From Octopus vulgaris (Eukaryota): a stretch of DNA of 64,000 bases. Shown piece after piece: positions 1 to 12,624 of this stretch. The notes below the pieces were generated by a model. It saw only the letters and a program-made list of their open reading frames with translations. It had not been told where the DNA came from and did no database searches. Each line of letters starts with the position of its first letter. Position 1 is the stretch's first letter. The translations under genes and the position numbers were made by a program. The stretch covers positions 6,820,001-6,884,000 of the forward strand of contig OX597820.1 of assembly GCA_951406725.2 (NCBI GenBank). The letters run 5' to 3'.

Positions 1-92
1 GGAGTTGATTCATTAAACTACAATTCTTCAAGGCATTGCCCCAGCATGGCCACAGACCAATGGCTGGAAAAAGCAGAAGAATAAAAGAATAC
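1..92 (+). mobile_element. 3' tail fragment of tRNA-headed SINE family A
   Basis: GCCCCAGCATGGCCACAGACCAATGGCTG...AATAAAAGAAT matches the tail of the full copies at 2924-3330 and 50302-50710. Confidence 0.7.
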
Positions 93-156
93 ATTCTCTG
101 CTTTGATCTTATGTTCAAGGCATGAGAAAGCTTGAGTTTACATGAGAAGGCCTAAC

Positions 157-422
157 AGACCTGGTAGAAACAGCAGCCAAATCTCCCTCAAATCACACCT
201 TACTGTCTTATGTATGTATATATATATGAGCCAATGAGGGGGACCTCTACATGGTAGCTAGACCTGGTAGAAATAGCAGCCAAATTTCCCCCAAATCACA
301 CCTTACTGTCTTATCTATGTATATATGTATGTATGAGCCTATGAGGGAGACCCCTACATGGCAGCTAGACATGGTAGAAATAGCAGCCAAATCTCCCTCA
401 AATCACACCTTACTGTCTTATG

Positions 423-458
<36 letters not shown>
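157..458. repeat. ~105 bp tandem repeat, 3 copies
   Basis: AGACCTGGTAGAAAYAGCAGCCAAATCTCCCTCAAATCACACCTTACTGTCTTA recurs at 157, 260 and 367; each unit contains a (TA)/(TATG) tract. Confidence 0.9.
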
Positions 459-460
<2 letters not shown>

Positions 461-660
461 AGCCACTACGGTTATTTAATGTAAAGTCTTCCTCAAATCA
501 CTCTCGCTATTTACTCTCTTCCAAGAACATTTTCACTCACTCTTATCTCTTAGCTTGCCATACATTTTACTCATGTATCTATCAGCATGATAGACAGAAA
601 CAAATATTACATCGCCATCGCCATCGCATTCTATTGTCTACCTGTCAACACACACACACA

Positions 661-937
661 GTGAATTACTTTCATTTTATTCGTTGCACACTGTGTGTGT
701 GCGTGTGCGTGTGGTGTAAACCACATTGAAGAAAAGCATTTGACATACACACCAGAATGTGAGTTTTCTGTAAATTTTGCTTAATTGGAGTTTAAATTTT
801 AAAAACTGGAACTGGCATGACCCGATGCATTCTACTTTTTAAAATGCTAGGTAAATTGTAATTGAAGAAATCCTATATTGTAGATTTCTATAACTGACAA
901 AGGGAGGCAGATAAAATCTGCCTTTTATAATAAGAGA
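661..937 (-). mobile_element. Helitron-like 5' segment (type A head), partial copy
   Basis: Minus strand begins TCTCTTATTATAAAAGGCAGATTTTATCTGCC (5'-TC plus GGCAGAT/ATCTGCC hairpin); diverged copy of 2635-2910. Confidence 0.6.
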
Positions 938-1781
938 CTAGCAGAATTGCCCGGCGTTGCTCGGGGCTGAATTGCTTGAAAGTACTGTTAATGATTGCAC
1001 TGAATTATGATGATTATTCAGGCAAATATTGATATAAGTTTACGGTGGGAGATAAGGACTTAACGATAAAACGTGTGCCATTGCATTGTTTTGGGGGAAC
1101 CAAATTTCTGATGAGCATTATAGGGGCACCAACTTTAAGTTTGAGAAAGTGTGGTGGTAGTCCGGGGTGCTCAAAGGAATTGAGTACCTCTATTGTATAG
1201 TTGATGACGTCCTCTGGGTCAGGAGTTGTATCGATAGACTGATATACATAGACTTCCCCAGGAATGAGTTTTAGCATTTCATCATTAATATGGTGAACAG
1301 TTTTATTCCTCGGGGCCAGTATAGCCTTTTTGCCAATCCAATCCATATTCTGATAATTAGCTTGTAGATCTGGGAACACTGCATCTCTGAGATCAGAAGG
1401 CGTCTTAACAATGGTACAAATGGAATCGATGGCAATATTACCATTTTCATCCCCTGGTATTTTGCCTTCGCCAAGTGCAAGGGGGGTGTGAGGAAATGCT
1501 GCTGATGTGATATTACGTCGCATATGAGCACGCATATTGGTGTGAAGTTTGAGAGTTACTTCCCTTTATTTAAAAAATATGCATTAAAATGGAAAAAAAT
1601 GATGGTAAATTATTTGTAAAGTCATAGACTCATCGTAGACGCGCGCTAATACCCAGAAGGGCTCGATATGAATCACGACTATAAGATACCCGGTTTTGGT
1701 TAAACTGCATTGCAAAATGTGGGAGTAGTTAGGAATCTAAATCGGAGTAGACAGACACACAACCTTTCTTTTATATATAAA
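938..1781 (-). mobile_element. Non-autonomous Helitron carrying a PIF1-helicase fragment
   Basis: Minus-strand 3' end CCCGAGCAACGCCGGG hairpin then CTGCTAG; first ~230 bp match element 16711-17208; contains ORF 1014-1535. Confidence 0.85.
1014..1535 (-). pseudogene. Helitron RepHel PIF1-type helicase C-terminal fragment
   Basis: Motifs (L)HTNMRAH, KAILAPRNKTVHHIN, GLPPHFLKLKVGAPIMLIRNL, CNGTRFIV are typical of Helitron PIF1 helicases; truncated at both ends. Confidence 0.9.
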
Positions 1782-2460
1782 TATTTTCGTCCTAAAAAAC
1801 TTTGTATGGATTGAATGGTTACCTCTATGGAAATATATACACGCACATTATACATACATGTGTATATAGATGAATATATAAATACATTTAAATATCTATA
1901 TACACTTTTGGGCGATCTTTCTTTTTCTTAGAGATAACTTTAGATCTTATATTCGTCCTAAAAAACTTTGTATGGAGTGAAAGGTTACCTCTATGGAAAT
2001 ATATACACACACATTATACATACATCTGTGTATAGATGAGTATATAAATACATTTAAATATCTATATACACTTTTGGGCGATCTTTCTTTTTCTTAGAGA
2101 TAACTTTAGATCTTATTTTCGTCCTAAAAAACTTTGTATGGAGTGAATGGTTACCTCTATGGAAATATATACACACACGTTATACATACATGTGTGCATA
2201 GATGAATATATAAATACATTTAAATATCTATATACACTTTTGGGCGATCTTTCTTTTTCTTAGAGATAACTTTAGATCTTATATTCGTCCTAAAAAACTT
2301 TGTATGGAGTGAAAGGTTACCGCTATGGAAATATATACACACACATTATACATACATCTGTGTATAGATGAATATATAAATACATTTAAATATCTATATA
2401 CACTTTTGGGCGATCTTTCTGCTACTTGGATATAGGTCTTATATTCGTCGTAAAAAACTT
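1782..2460. repeat. ~166 bp tandem repeat, 4 copies plus partial, inside Helitron-like element
   Basis: TTCGTCCTAAAAAACTTTGTATGG...GGGCGATCTTTC...TTAGATCTT repeats at ~1782, 1949, 2114 and 2281, partial at 2441. Confidence 0.95.
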
Positions 2461-2910
2461 TCCTGTCACACACTCACGCACACACACACGCACACACACG
2501 CATCCTCACACACACACGCACACACACACACTCACACACAGACGTTAGCTTACAATTTTATTTATATATTTGCGTGTCTATGTGTGTAAAGTGGAAGTGG
2601 GAATGTAGAGTGAAATAGTCACTTCCTACAGAAAGTGAATTAGTTTCACTTTATTCGTTGCACACTGTGTGTGTGCGTTTGCGTGTGCTGTATCCCACAC
2701 TAAGAGAAGCATTTGACTCATACACCACAATGTGAGTTTTCTCTAAATTTTGCTCAATTGGGTTTGAAATTTTAAAAAGTGGACCTGTCACAACCCGATG
2801 CATTCTACTCTTAAAAATGCTAGGTAAATTGTAATTGAAGAAATCCTATATTGTAGATTTCTATAAGATACAAAGGGAGGCAGATAAAATCTGCCTTTTA
2901 TAATAAGAGA
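1782..2910 (-). mobile_element. Helitron-like element, type A head with internal satellite
   Basis: A|TC start at 2910 on minus strand, subterminal hairpin GGCAGAT-TTT-ATCTGCC, (CA)n and 166-bp repeats; abuts Helitron 938-1781. Confidence 0.55.
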
Positions 2911-2923
2911 TATTGTATTATAT

Positions 2924-3330
2924 AGGAGAGGCTGTGTGGTAAGTAGCTTGCGTACGCAAACCACATGGTTCCGGTTTCAATCCCACTGCGTGGCACCTTG
3001 AACAAGTGTCTTCTACTATACCCTCGGGCCGAGCAAAGACATGTGAGTGGATTTGGTAGACGGAAACTGAAAGAAGCCCGTCACATATATGTATATATGT
3101 ATGTGTGTGTGTATATGTTTGTGTGTCTGTCTTTGTCTCCCAAAATCGCTTGACAACCGATGCTGGTGTGTTTACGTCCCCGCAACTTAGCGGTTCGGCA
3201 AAACATAACCGATATAATAAGTACTAGGCTTACAGAGAATAAGACCTGGGGTCGATTTGCTCGACTAAAGGCGGTGCTCCAGCATGGCCACAGTCATATG
3301 ACTGAAACAAATAAAAGAGAGTAAAAGAGT
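2924..3330 (+). mobile_element. tRNA-headed SINE family A, full length
   Basis: A-box-like GGCTGTGTGG, B-box-like GTTTCAATCCC, CORE-like ACCTTGAACAAGTGTCTT, internal (TG)n, tail CAGCATGGCCACAGTCATATGACTGAAAC; multiple copies in window. Confidence 0.85.
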
Positions 3331-3346
3331 ATATATACATATATAA

Positions 3347-3420
3347 TTAAAATAAGCAACAAGGATATCCAAGGTAGAGTAGTACAAGTGTTTCATGCTT
3401 GGATATCCTTGCTTATTTTG
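3347..3420. repeat. Short fold-back (inverted repeat)
   Basis: AAAATAAGC..CAAGGATATCCAAG / CTTGGATATCCTTG.CTTATTTT. Confidence 0.75.
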
Positions 3421-3453
3421 ATTATAATCAACTCATTTGAATTATATGGATAA

Positions 3454-3830
3454 CTAGCAGTATCGCCCGGCGTTGCTCAGGTTTGTAAGGGAAATAACTA
3501 TAAAGCATTTTTAGAGAATTATAGCCAAAAAATAGCAAAAAAATGGAAAAAAAATGATGGTAAATTTTTTTTTGAGTTAAAAAAGGTGGAGTTGCGTCCC
3601 CTAGACGGTCTGTGGTTTGGGTTTCTGATTCTCGACCCCATGTCGAATTTATCGATTTTTTCAGAACTGGGGGAACTTTTCAAAATTTTCGCTGCGTTAG
3701 TTTTGAATTATGACATTGGGCTATGTGTGTGTCAAGTTTCATCAGAATCGGTTGAAAGCCGTGGTCAGGGTGAGGGTACAAGCAAACAGACACACAGAAA
3801 CAAACAAACTGTCGTTTATATAGAGAGAGA
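3454..3830 (-). mobile_element. Non-autonomous Helitron (~375 bp)
   Basis: 5'-TC, 3' hairpin plus CTAG, inserted in A|T with no TSD; near-identical to 43224-43593. Confidence 0.9.
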
Positions 3831-3902
3831 TACCATACAAAATGCTGGTGCCTTTAACTTAAGTGCCATATTCATCTGAATCTAAAGTTTGCTGAACTTA
3901 TA

Positions 3903-3959
<57 letters not shown>

Positions 3960-4291
3960 TGTTTATACAGTTTGTTGTACAGCTCCTATTGTAAGAGTTA
4001 GAGCTTCATGTAGATCATCATCATCCAGTCAGCTTCCTGTAAAGTGATTAGTCGACCCCTATACTTACGGATTATTTTATGCAGACCATATATAGTGAAG
4101 AAATTAGGATATAGATAACTATAAATTAACAGCTCCTACGCACGTTTCACCGGTGCTGTTATTTGGAACTCAGCATTGGATGTTGCAAGCGTATTTGGGT
4201 GCCTAACTGCAAAGGATAATCAAGGGAACACTTTATCGCCTAATGTTTCAGATATCTAAGATATCTGCGTAGGAACTATGAATCTATAATT

Positions 4292-4526
4292 ATTTATTTA
4301 CTACCCATAAGGGGCTAAACACAGAGAGGATAAACAAGGACAGAGAAACGGATTAAGTCGATTATATCGACCCCCCAGTGCGTAAGTGGTACTTAATTTA
4401 TCGACCCCGAAAGTATGAAAGGCAAAGTCGACCTCGGCGGAATTTGAACTCAGATCGTAGCGGCAGACGAAATACCGCTAAGTGTTTCGCCCGTCGTGCT
4501 AACAATTCAACCAGCTCGCCGCCTTA
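4292..4526 (-). mobile_element. tRNA-headed SINE family B
   Basis: Minus strand GGCGGCGAGCTGG...GAGTTCAAATTCCGCCGAGGTCGACTTTGCCTTTCAT...TAAGTACCA; >6 copies in window. Confidence 0.85.
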
Positions 4527-4908
4527 AAAGTATATGAATTTATACTAGTGACTGTCTGTGTGTATATATATATATATATATATAATATATAACATTCGTT
4601 TACATAAGGAAAAGATGTACTGAGTGGTGTCTGCAAGAGAAAGGTAGAAATTAATGAATTGATTAGACATTACCTTTAGACAGAGAAGGCAAAGAAGCAC
4701 CTAGCGGTGATTATCTCCTCCTTCCCTTTTAGGAGGAGATAATTTATCTTGTCTACTTTGATCGGTGAGCAGAGAATTTTCATTTAAAAAAAAGTGTATT
4801 GAAAAAATTTGCTATATAACGTATACATGACAAAGTAGGTAAATATACTAAAATTATGTGTGCGTGGGTGTGTGTTCGTGTATGAATGTATGCACTCAAT
4901 GTGTGGGT

Positions 4909-4949
<41 letters not shown>

Positions 4950-5239
4950 GCAGATGTTTAAAAGCAAGTATTGGTTTTCGTCTAATAATCGATAGAAAAA
5001 TGATTTAAAAGTTTCCTCAATGCGACAAATATTTTCGGAATCTTATCTCTACACATGCAACAAGATGTATGTTACATATATGTATGTATGTATATATGAA
5101 CGTAAATACGTGTCTGTAAATGTGTGTGTGTGTATGTGTGGGTTTATGTGTGTGTGTATGTGTGTGTTTATGTGTATGTGTATTTAAATGTTCGTGCTTA
5201 AGTTGCTATGCGATGCAGTTCTTTCTCGTTCTCCCTTTA

Positions 5240-5277
5240 TCTATCTATCTATATATATATACATATATATATACATA

Positions 5278-5343
<66 letters not shown>

Positions 5344-5454
5344 CATACCTATATATATATATATATATATACATACATACCTATATATATATATATATAC
5401 ATACATACATACCTATATATATATATATACATACATACATACCTATATATATAT

Positions 5455-5485
<31 letters not shown>

Positions 5486-5505
5486 CATACATATATATAC
5501 ATACC

Positions 5506-5597
<92 letters not shown>

Positions 5598-5653
5598 CCT
5601 ATATATACATACCTATATATACATACCTATATATACATACCTATATATACATA

Positions 5654-5693
<40 letters not shown>

Positions 5694-5965
5694 TGCATGT
5701 ATGTGCATATATAGAGAGGGATAGATAGAGAAAGAGAGAAAGAAATGGGTGCAAATTTGTGAATATTTACGAATGATTTATAAATGTAAGTTCGTATATA
5801 TGTGTATGTGGGCATATGTATATACGCATGTATGTATGTATGTATATACGCATGTATGTATGTATGTATGTATGTATATACGCATGTATGTATGTATGTA
5901 GGTATATGTATATACGCATGTATGTATGTATGTATGTATGTATGTATGTACGTATGTATGTATGT
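5240..5965. repeat. Compound (TA)n/(TACA)n/(TATG)n microsatellite
   Basis: Directly visible. Confidence 0.95.
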
Positions 5966-6591
5966 GCATATCTTAACATCCACATACTCACAAGAATGCA
6001 CATTACCTCATAGAGTGCAATTTTTCCTACCGCCAATATCGATCGTTCCATGTTGCAGAAATCAAAGGATTCTACGCTCTTTATGGATGGCATTATGGGT
6101 AACGCTTTTGAGAAGATCAATGTGGGCTGAGCATGCTGTAGGCCTAGGTCACCTTTGTAAGTTGTTCTCAGCTTAAGAACGTTGCTAATAAAGCCTTATT
6201 TGACTTAGGGCGGAGCGTGTAGTCTTTATTGGAGTTCACTCTTTGATCCTCTCTGACGTAGACAAGTCCTTAATAGATTGGTGATACGTGACAGAAGTTT
6301 CTGTTATAGAATTTAGCTAACGGGATATATGTTTGAACATCAGGCCTGCTGTTTTTGTCATAAAAAGAAACGTTAGCTTCTATTTCTTCGATCAAAACTT
6401 TCCGCTGTTGGAACTTCTTCCAAATCAGAAAGACTTAAATATTCCTCCGCCTGACGCCAACCACACTCACACTTTATTAGCGGTCGAGCTGTCTTTCACT
6501 CTATCACTCTTTTCATTCACCGTATCTGTGTGCTCGTCTCTATATATTCCTCATACAGACATCTATTTATATATCTGTGTATGTATGTATG

Positions 6592-6652
<61 letters not shown>

Positions 6653-6689
6653 CTGTGAATCTGTGTGGTGTGTGTATGTATGCCTATAA

Positions 6690-6730
<41 letters not shown>

Positions 6731-8760
6731 AGGGAGTATTTATAGATGTGTGTGAGTACTCGTGCGTGTGTTAGTGGATGTGCGCTTTTGCGTATTCGAT
6801 TCGTATATACGTACAAACATACTAACAAAAGCATATATATAAATACATACATATACGCACCATTCTCATAACATATATATATGGTTATGTATGTACACAC
6901 ACACATGCATACACATACAGTTTTTCTTTCACACACACACACTAATTGTCGTAATTTTCTATAGCTACTCTGTGTATTTCTCCACGCATCTTTGTCTCTC
7001 TCTGTCTCTCTCTCTCTCTCCTCTGTCTCTCACACTCACTCTTTTCCTCACTCACGCACAGCCTTCCTACTCGTATTTTCTCATTCCGTGTCCTCTTTCA
7101 TGCTTCTCCATATTCTATCTTTCTCACTTCCACTTCCATTTACATTTTACTCTCTCTCTCTCACTTCACTCATCCCCCTCCTACCCCTATACTGTCTCTA
7201 TATTCTTGTTCTATGAAATCGTTGGTGTCTGTAAAAATTTATTCAGCCTGATACAAATAGCAAGCAAATCTCCCTCGATTCATACGGTGCTCTTTTAAAA
7301 GTATTTGTGACTTGTAATATGTAGTCTAGAAAAAAAGAGTGTATGGTCATGGTTGGAAAGTCTTAGATCCTAGGTTCTTCCACTCAAGGCCAAACTTGTA
7401 AGAAGTAACATCCAGTTCTCTCCCTTAATTCTCTTACAACTATATTACCTATCTTTACTTCTCTCTCTAATTGTTTGTTTTATGCAATGCCAGTATTTCC
7501 AAATACATTCTTAGATGTCTTGCAAACAACTTGCACATGCAAGTGCTACCAGTCAAAAACTCTGCATACCAGAAGCCAGCAAGTGTATGGGGTCATCAAG
7601 AGAGAATGCGCGCCGTTTCGGGGCCTACCTCTCGACGGCATCAATGCACACCGCCTCCCCTCCCCACTCACTGATATGAGACCCCGCTTGCTAGATCAGC
7701 TGGTTATCAAATAAAGCTCAATATTCTTCTAGCCATCGCTCATCGTCTCTTTTTAACCAAATCCAGTGGCTAGCCTTCTCCACTGTAGTTTGGGTATCGG
7801 CCATGGTGGTATTGACTTTACGATTAGTTAGGGCTAACGATAACAACAGTTTAGTTGAATCTCCAAATATCTAGTTCGTAAATAACAATATATCATAATG
7901 TTTTTATTTTATTTTATTTTATCGAACAGTAGCTGACGGTTTATTCAGTACACTTGTCTCTCTACACTACAGGGCCATACGCAATGTTCTACGTTTACTA
8001 AATTCAAGATTTTAGCCGGCACAAGTCAACCATACGGTCTTCGGACTGCTTTTATCTGTAATTCTCTATATTTAGTCAACCATTATTCATACAATACTTA
8101 ACCTGGCATTAAAGATTGATATTTATTCGTAAACGATAGACCTACGTCAGAAATAGCACCAAAATATTCCCAAATCATTATTTTAAACATTCACTCTTTT
8201 CCAGCGGAAATCAGACAAATACCCTCAAATTTGCATTAACTCACCTGCAGTAATCTCTCGACTATCCTAAGTGTTACCTTCTAAAACCCACCGCGATAAA
8301 TGAAAATCCGCGGAGTAGAAACAGTACTGTACTCTATATTTTATTATTTTATATGTATATATTTATTTTTTTATGTTCATATGTTTAAGCTTTTATGAAC
8401 TCTCTCCTCTCACTTAGGAGTTTCGTCTTCCATAGAGTACCTGCGATTCTTTGTTTACTCATCTACCGTACACCACGTAATTTCTTTTGATATATTTTAA
8501 TTAATATGTTATATAGAGCAGGTTCTGTATTTTTATTTATTAAATTATTAGATTAATAAATTTTAGGTGTGAAATTGCTTATTTTGCCACAGAAATAGTT
8601 AAACTCTAAAAAAATATTATTACCTATCGGCCGCAGAAACACGTGATATACTGAGGAGTCCACAATATAAATTTACATATATCAGCCAGAAAAATCCGCG
8701 ATGTACTGGAGGCGCGATAGGTGAACAGCAATATGGCATGTGATTATTATATATATATAT

Positions 8761-9072
8761 TTCTTTATTACACACAAGGGGCTAAACATAGAGGGGACAA
8801 ACAAGGACAGACAACGGGATCAAGTCGATTACATCGACTCCAGTGCGTAACTGGTACTGGTTCCTCCTGATGATGTCTTGAGCTAACTGGATCCTATAAA
8901 GGAGCTGTTGTGGTAGCAAACCAAGAAACACGGTTGTAATTCCTCCTTTATTGACCCCGAAAGGATGAAACGTAAAGTCGACCTCGGCGGAATTTGAACT
9001 CAGAACGTAACGGCAGACGAAATACGGCTACGCATTTCGCCCGGCTTGCTAACGTTTCTGCCAGCTCGCCGT
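8761..9072 (-). mobile_element. SINE family B interrupted by an ~89 bp insertion (8859-8947)
   Basis: Colinear with 4292-4526 apart from the insert between ACTGGTACT and TTATTGACCCCG. Confidence 0.85.
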
Positions 9073-9154
9073 GTGATTATTATATATGTCAATCTCTGTT
9101 TTACGCCAGGAAGAAATATTTTGTGACGTTTCCTCCGCTTTTTCTTTCTGATTT

Positions 9155-9302
9155 TTAATTCTGCCGTGGTCGAGTTTGCCTTTAATCCTTTCGTGGTCGA
9201 TAAAATAAGTTGACCAATGAAGGTCGATATAATCGACTTACATTCCCATCCCACCCCCGCCACCGAAATTGCTGGGGTTTTTTTTGTTCCAAAAATTGAA
9301 AC
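9155..9302 (+). mobile_element. Degenerate SINE family B fragment
   Basis: AATTCTGCCGTGGTCGAGTTTGCCTTTAATCCTTTCGTGGTCGATAAAATAAG. Confidence 0.65.
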
Positions 9303-10294
9303 TAATATACTACATTTATTGTTAACACTGATATATTTTATTTATAATGGTTAATATTTAAATATTAAATATTTGAGTATTCAATATACAATAATTACGT
9401 TACTGCTTTTATATTCAATTTATAATAGTCAAGCTACTGTTTATAAAACATGTATAACTGTCACGTTGTCGGTTACATATTAAATCTATACTAGTTAAGT
9501 TAAAGGTGAAATATTTAATGTAAACAGTTTTAGTTAACATACCGGTTATGTATTTACTTTCAATAGGTGAGATACGTTTCATATAATCAATTCATAATAA
9601 TTAGTTAATTTTTATATATTTCACATATAAGTTTTGCTAAGATACTATTTCTATATCAAATTTTGTAGTAGTCAAGACAATGTGAATATAAAATAATTAA
9701 GTTAGTGTTCACATATTTAATGCATGTACTTCGACTATTAATTGATGATTAATTGTGAATAAACATATTTAATTTTAGATGGATTAAGGACCCTAAGTGG
9801 ATGGATAAGAAAATATCGTCATAATTAAGTTACTGTTGATATTTTGAATCCGTGGATGTTTAAGATTTTAACCAGAACGCGACAAGAGAAAGCAATACTA
9901 AACAAGGACTAAGGTAATTTTAGGAGATAATTGCAGGTATACTTCGCTCTTATGCAAACCTCATCCGCAAAGCTTGAGGTTTAATTCTACGAGAGTAGCG
10001 ACGGCAGTCGGCTGGATTTAACCATACAGAGCCAACTCAGAGAGAGGCAGAATTGAGTATTTGCCTGCTGTTTACACGTAGGAACTGGTTTCTGCGCGCA
10101 CGCGTCTTAGCGATATAAATTGCATGTAACATACATTCATAAATTTTCATAAATTTGCCCGCCAGCTCACGTGCACAAACACTTGTATGTATGTATGTAT
10201 GTATATACTTATATAGGTATGTGTATATATATCTATCTTTACATATATAAATATAGAAATATATACACAAACAAATATATACACATATATACAT

Positions 10295-10348
<54 letters not shown>

Positions 10349-11154
10349 GCGCACGCACATACACACACACATATAAGTATGTATGTATATATGTATGTAT
10401 GTAACTTATATTTGGCCTAAGGTATCGGAACACACCCACCGAATTCCATTGAAATCAGCATCTTCTTTCACCCTCTTTCTTTCTCGCTTTTCAAGTCTTC
10501 TGCTATACAGAACCTCAATTCTACAGGAATCTTTCTTCCATTTTTTCCTTCTTACAAGCAATAAATGTGTAGAATCCCAGATGAACTTCGACCTTCATAG
10601 TTTGATATTATTTTGTTCACTTCTGGCAGCATACATTGGAATTCCTTGCAAAATGAAATATTTTCTCAGGTGCAGTAATGTTATTGAGCAAAACCATATT
10701 TTAAACAATTCTCTGAATCCATTGGAAGAATTTACAATCGCAGTTTGCTATACTGTGCACAAATGATTTGGTATTCCACATAGTGAAGTGTTGCAAAGTA
10801 AGGCATTAATTTATGTCCTAGAAATATGTGTAACCTTTAATGTTTATGTATATAGGTCATTACATCTAGGATAACATATCTATCGGTATATGTTTATATA
10901 ACTTGTGTGTGTATGTGCGCACGCACCTATGTGTGAGTGTGTGCACGGCTCTGTATGTCTGTGTGTGTGTAGAGAGAGAGAGAGAGAAATCGTAGGCGAG
11001 ACCCAGTGATTCTCAGTATAGGTTACTTTAAGTGGTGCTCAAACCCTTCAAACTTAGACTCCGATGTCTGTGCAGGGGATTATACCACAAGGTAAAGAAA
11101 GGTTATAGGAGGGATCAAGTTGAGCGGGTATAGAGGTAATTACAGAGATAAACA

Positions 11155-11396
11155 AATTACATTATTTACATTTGATGGATATTTGTCCTTATCTTGTTTG
11201 TTATTAACACAACGTTTCGGCTGATATACCCTCCAGCTTTCATCAGGCGTCTTGTGGAAATTTCGAACCTGGGTTCTCATTCCTAAGCTATTTTTAGATG
11301 TTATTATCATTATTGTTATTGTTCAGGTCACTGCCTGGAATGGAACTCGGAATCCTGGGGTTAGTAACCCGCGCTCTTAACCACTATGCCCTATGC
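11155..11396 (-). mobile_element. tRNA-headed SINE-like element containing a hammerhead motif
   Basis: Head GGGCATAGTGGTTAAGAGCGCGGG...GAGTTCCATTCCAGG (A/B-box-like), followed by a hammerhead core at 11206-11251. Confidence 0.65.
11206..11251 (-). ncRNA. Minimal Type I hammerhead ribozyme motif
   Basis: GACGC-CUGAUGA-aa-GCUG(gaggguauau)CAGC-c-GAAAC-GUU-GUGUU; stem I GACGC/GUGUU, palindromic AACGUU in place of stem III. Confidence 0.65.
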
Positions 11397-11794
11397 AGAT
11401 GGAGTGAATTTTAGGACTTATAAATCTAATATGGATTCATCGTCTGTGAGTATGAAATATCTCCTCATATCTCCGGTAATTGCACCTACATTATGGATGG
11501 ATTTACCTTTTCTGTGAAGCTAACAAGCTTTTTTAAAGCCTGTTATAAGACTGTACATCATTAGAGAACTTTGGAAGTCTGCTTACAATCTAAATTTGCT
11601 TTATATAGAACTATCTTCGATACTTCATGAGTGTAGCCTCACCCGCTAGGATGCTTGGAGAACTCATATGTGTTTCGGCTGATGAGTACGGGACACATTG
11701 TATTTGCTGCAATATTTGCAGCTTTTAATAAAGCTGGTCTTCGTATGAAACAATTGTACTGAAATACAAAATCCATTCTTGTTGCTTTTTTCTT

Positions 11795-11940
11795 GTGTAT
11801 ATATATATATGTATATATGTATGCATATGTATATATGTATATGTATACATATATATATATATGTGTTTGTGTGTGTGTATATGTCTATATATTTTGTATA
11901 TATGTACATTTATATGCACATATATGCATATATATATATG

Positions 11941-11991
<51 letters not shown>

Positions 11992-12054
11992 GTACATGTA
12001 TATATATATATATATGTATGTATATATATATCTATATATGTATATATATATATA

Positions 12055-12085
<31 letters not shown>

Positions 12086-12164
12086 GTGTATATATATATA
12101 TATGTGTGTGTGTGTGTATATATATATATGTGTATATATATATATGTGTGTGTATATATATATA

Positions 12165-12210
<46 letters not shown>
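11795..12210. repeat. (TA)n/(TG)n compound microsatellite
   Basis: Directly visible. Confidence 0.95.
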
Positions 12211-12211
<1 letters not shown>

Positions 12212-12570
12212 CCACAACCCAAAATATAGGTACGGAATTAGTAACCAATATATGCTAAAGGAGAACGTAGCGTATGTAAATTGTTTCTGTAACAAAATTT
12301 TGAGCTGATCATTTTATAATTACATAAAAATCGAAATGATAATTGAATTTAAAGCTAATTAGACAATTAAGGTAAAAACAAAAAAACAACAGAAAAAGCA
12401 ACCATATTTGCCATTTTTCTTCAAATTTTCTAAAAAAGAAAAAAAAAAGACTCTTAAAATTTGGAAATGGAAAAAAAAAATTTATGAGTGTCATATTTAT
12501 AAACAGAAGAAATTAAAAAGAATTTTCAATCATGTTACCAATTTGGTTAGTGAATATTACAACAACAACC

Positions 12571-12624
<54 letters not shown>

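Noticed and set aside
1782-2460. CRISPR-like periodicity
   Set aside because: Whole 166 bp units repeat with no unique spacers; eukaryotic context
5120-6176. Long YI/HT/CV-rich ORFs here and at many other loci
   Set aside because: Translations of (TA)n, (CA)n and (TACA)n microsatellites; not genes
7470-7760. Possible solo LTR (AATAAA, ends in ..CA)
   Set aside because: No clear TG start, TSD or second copy in the window
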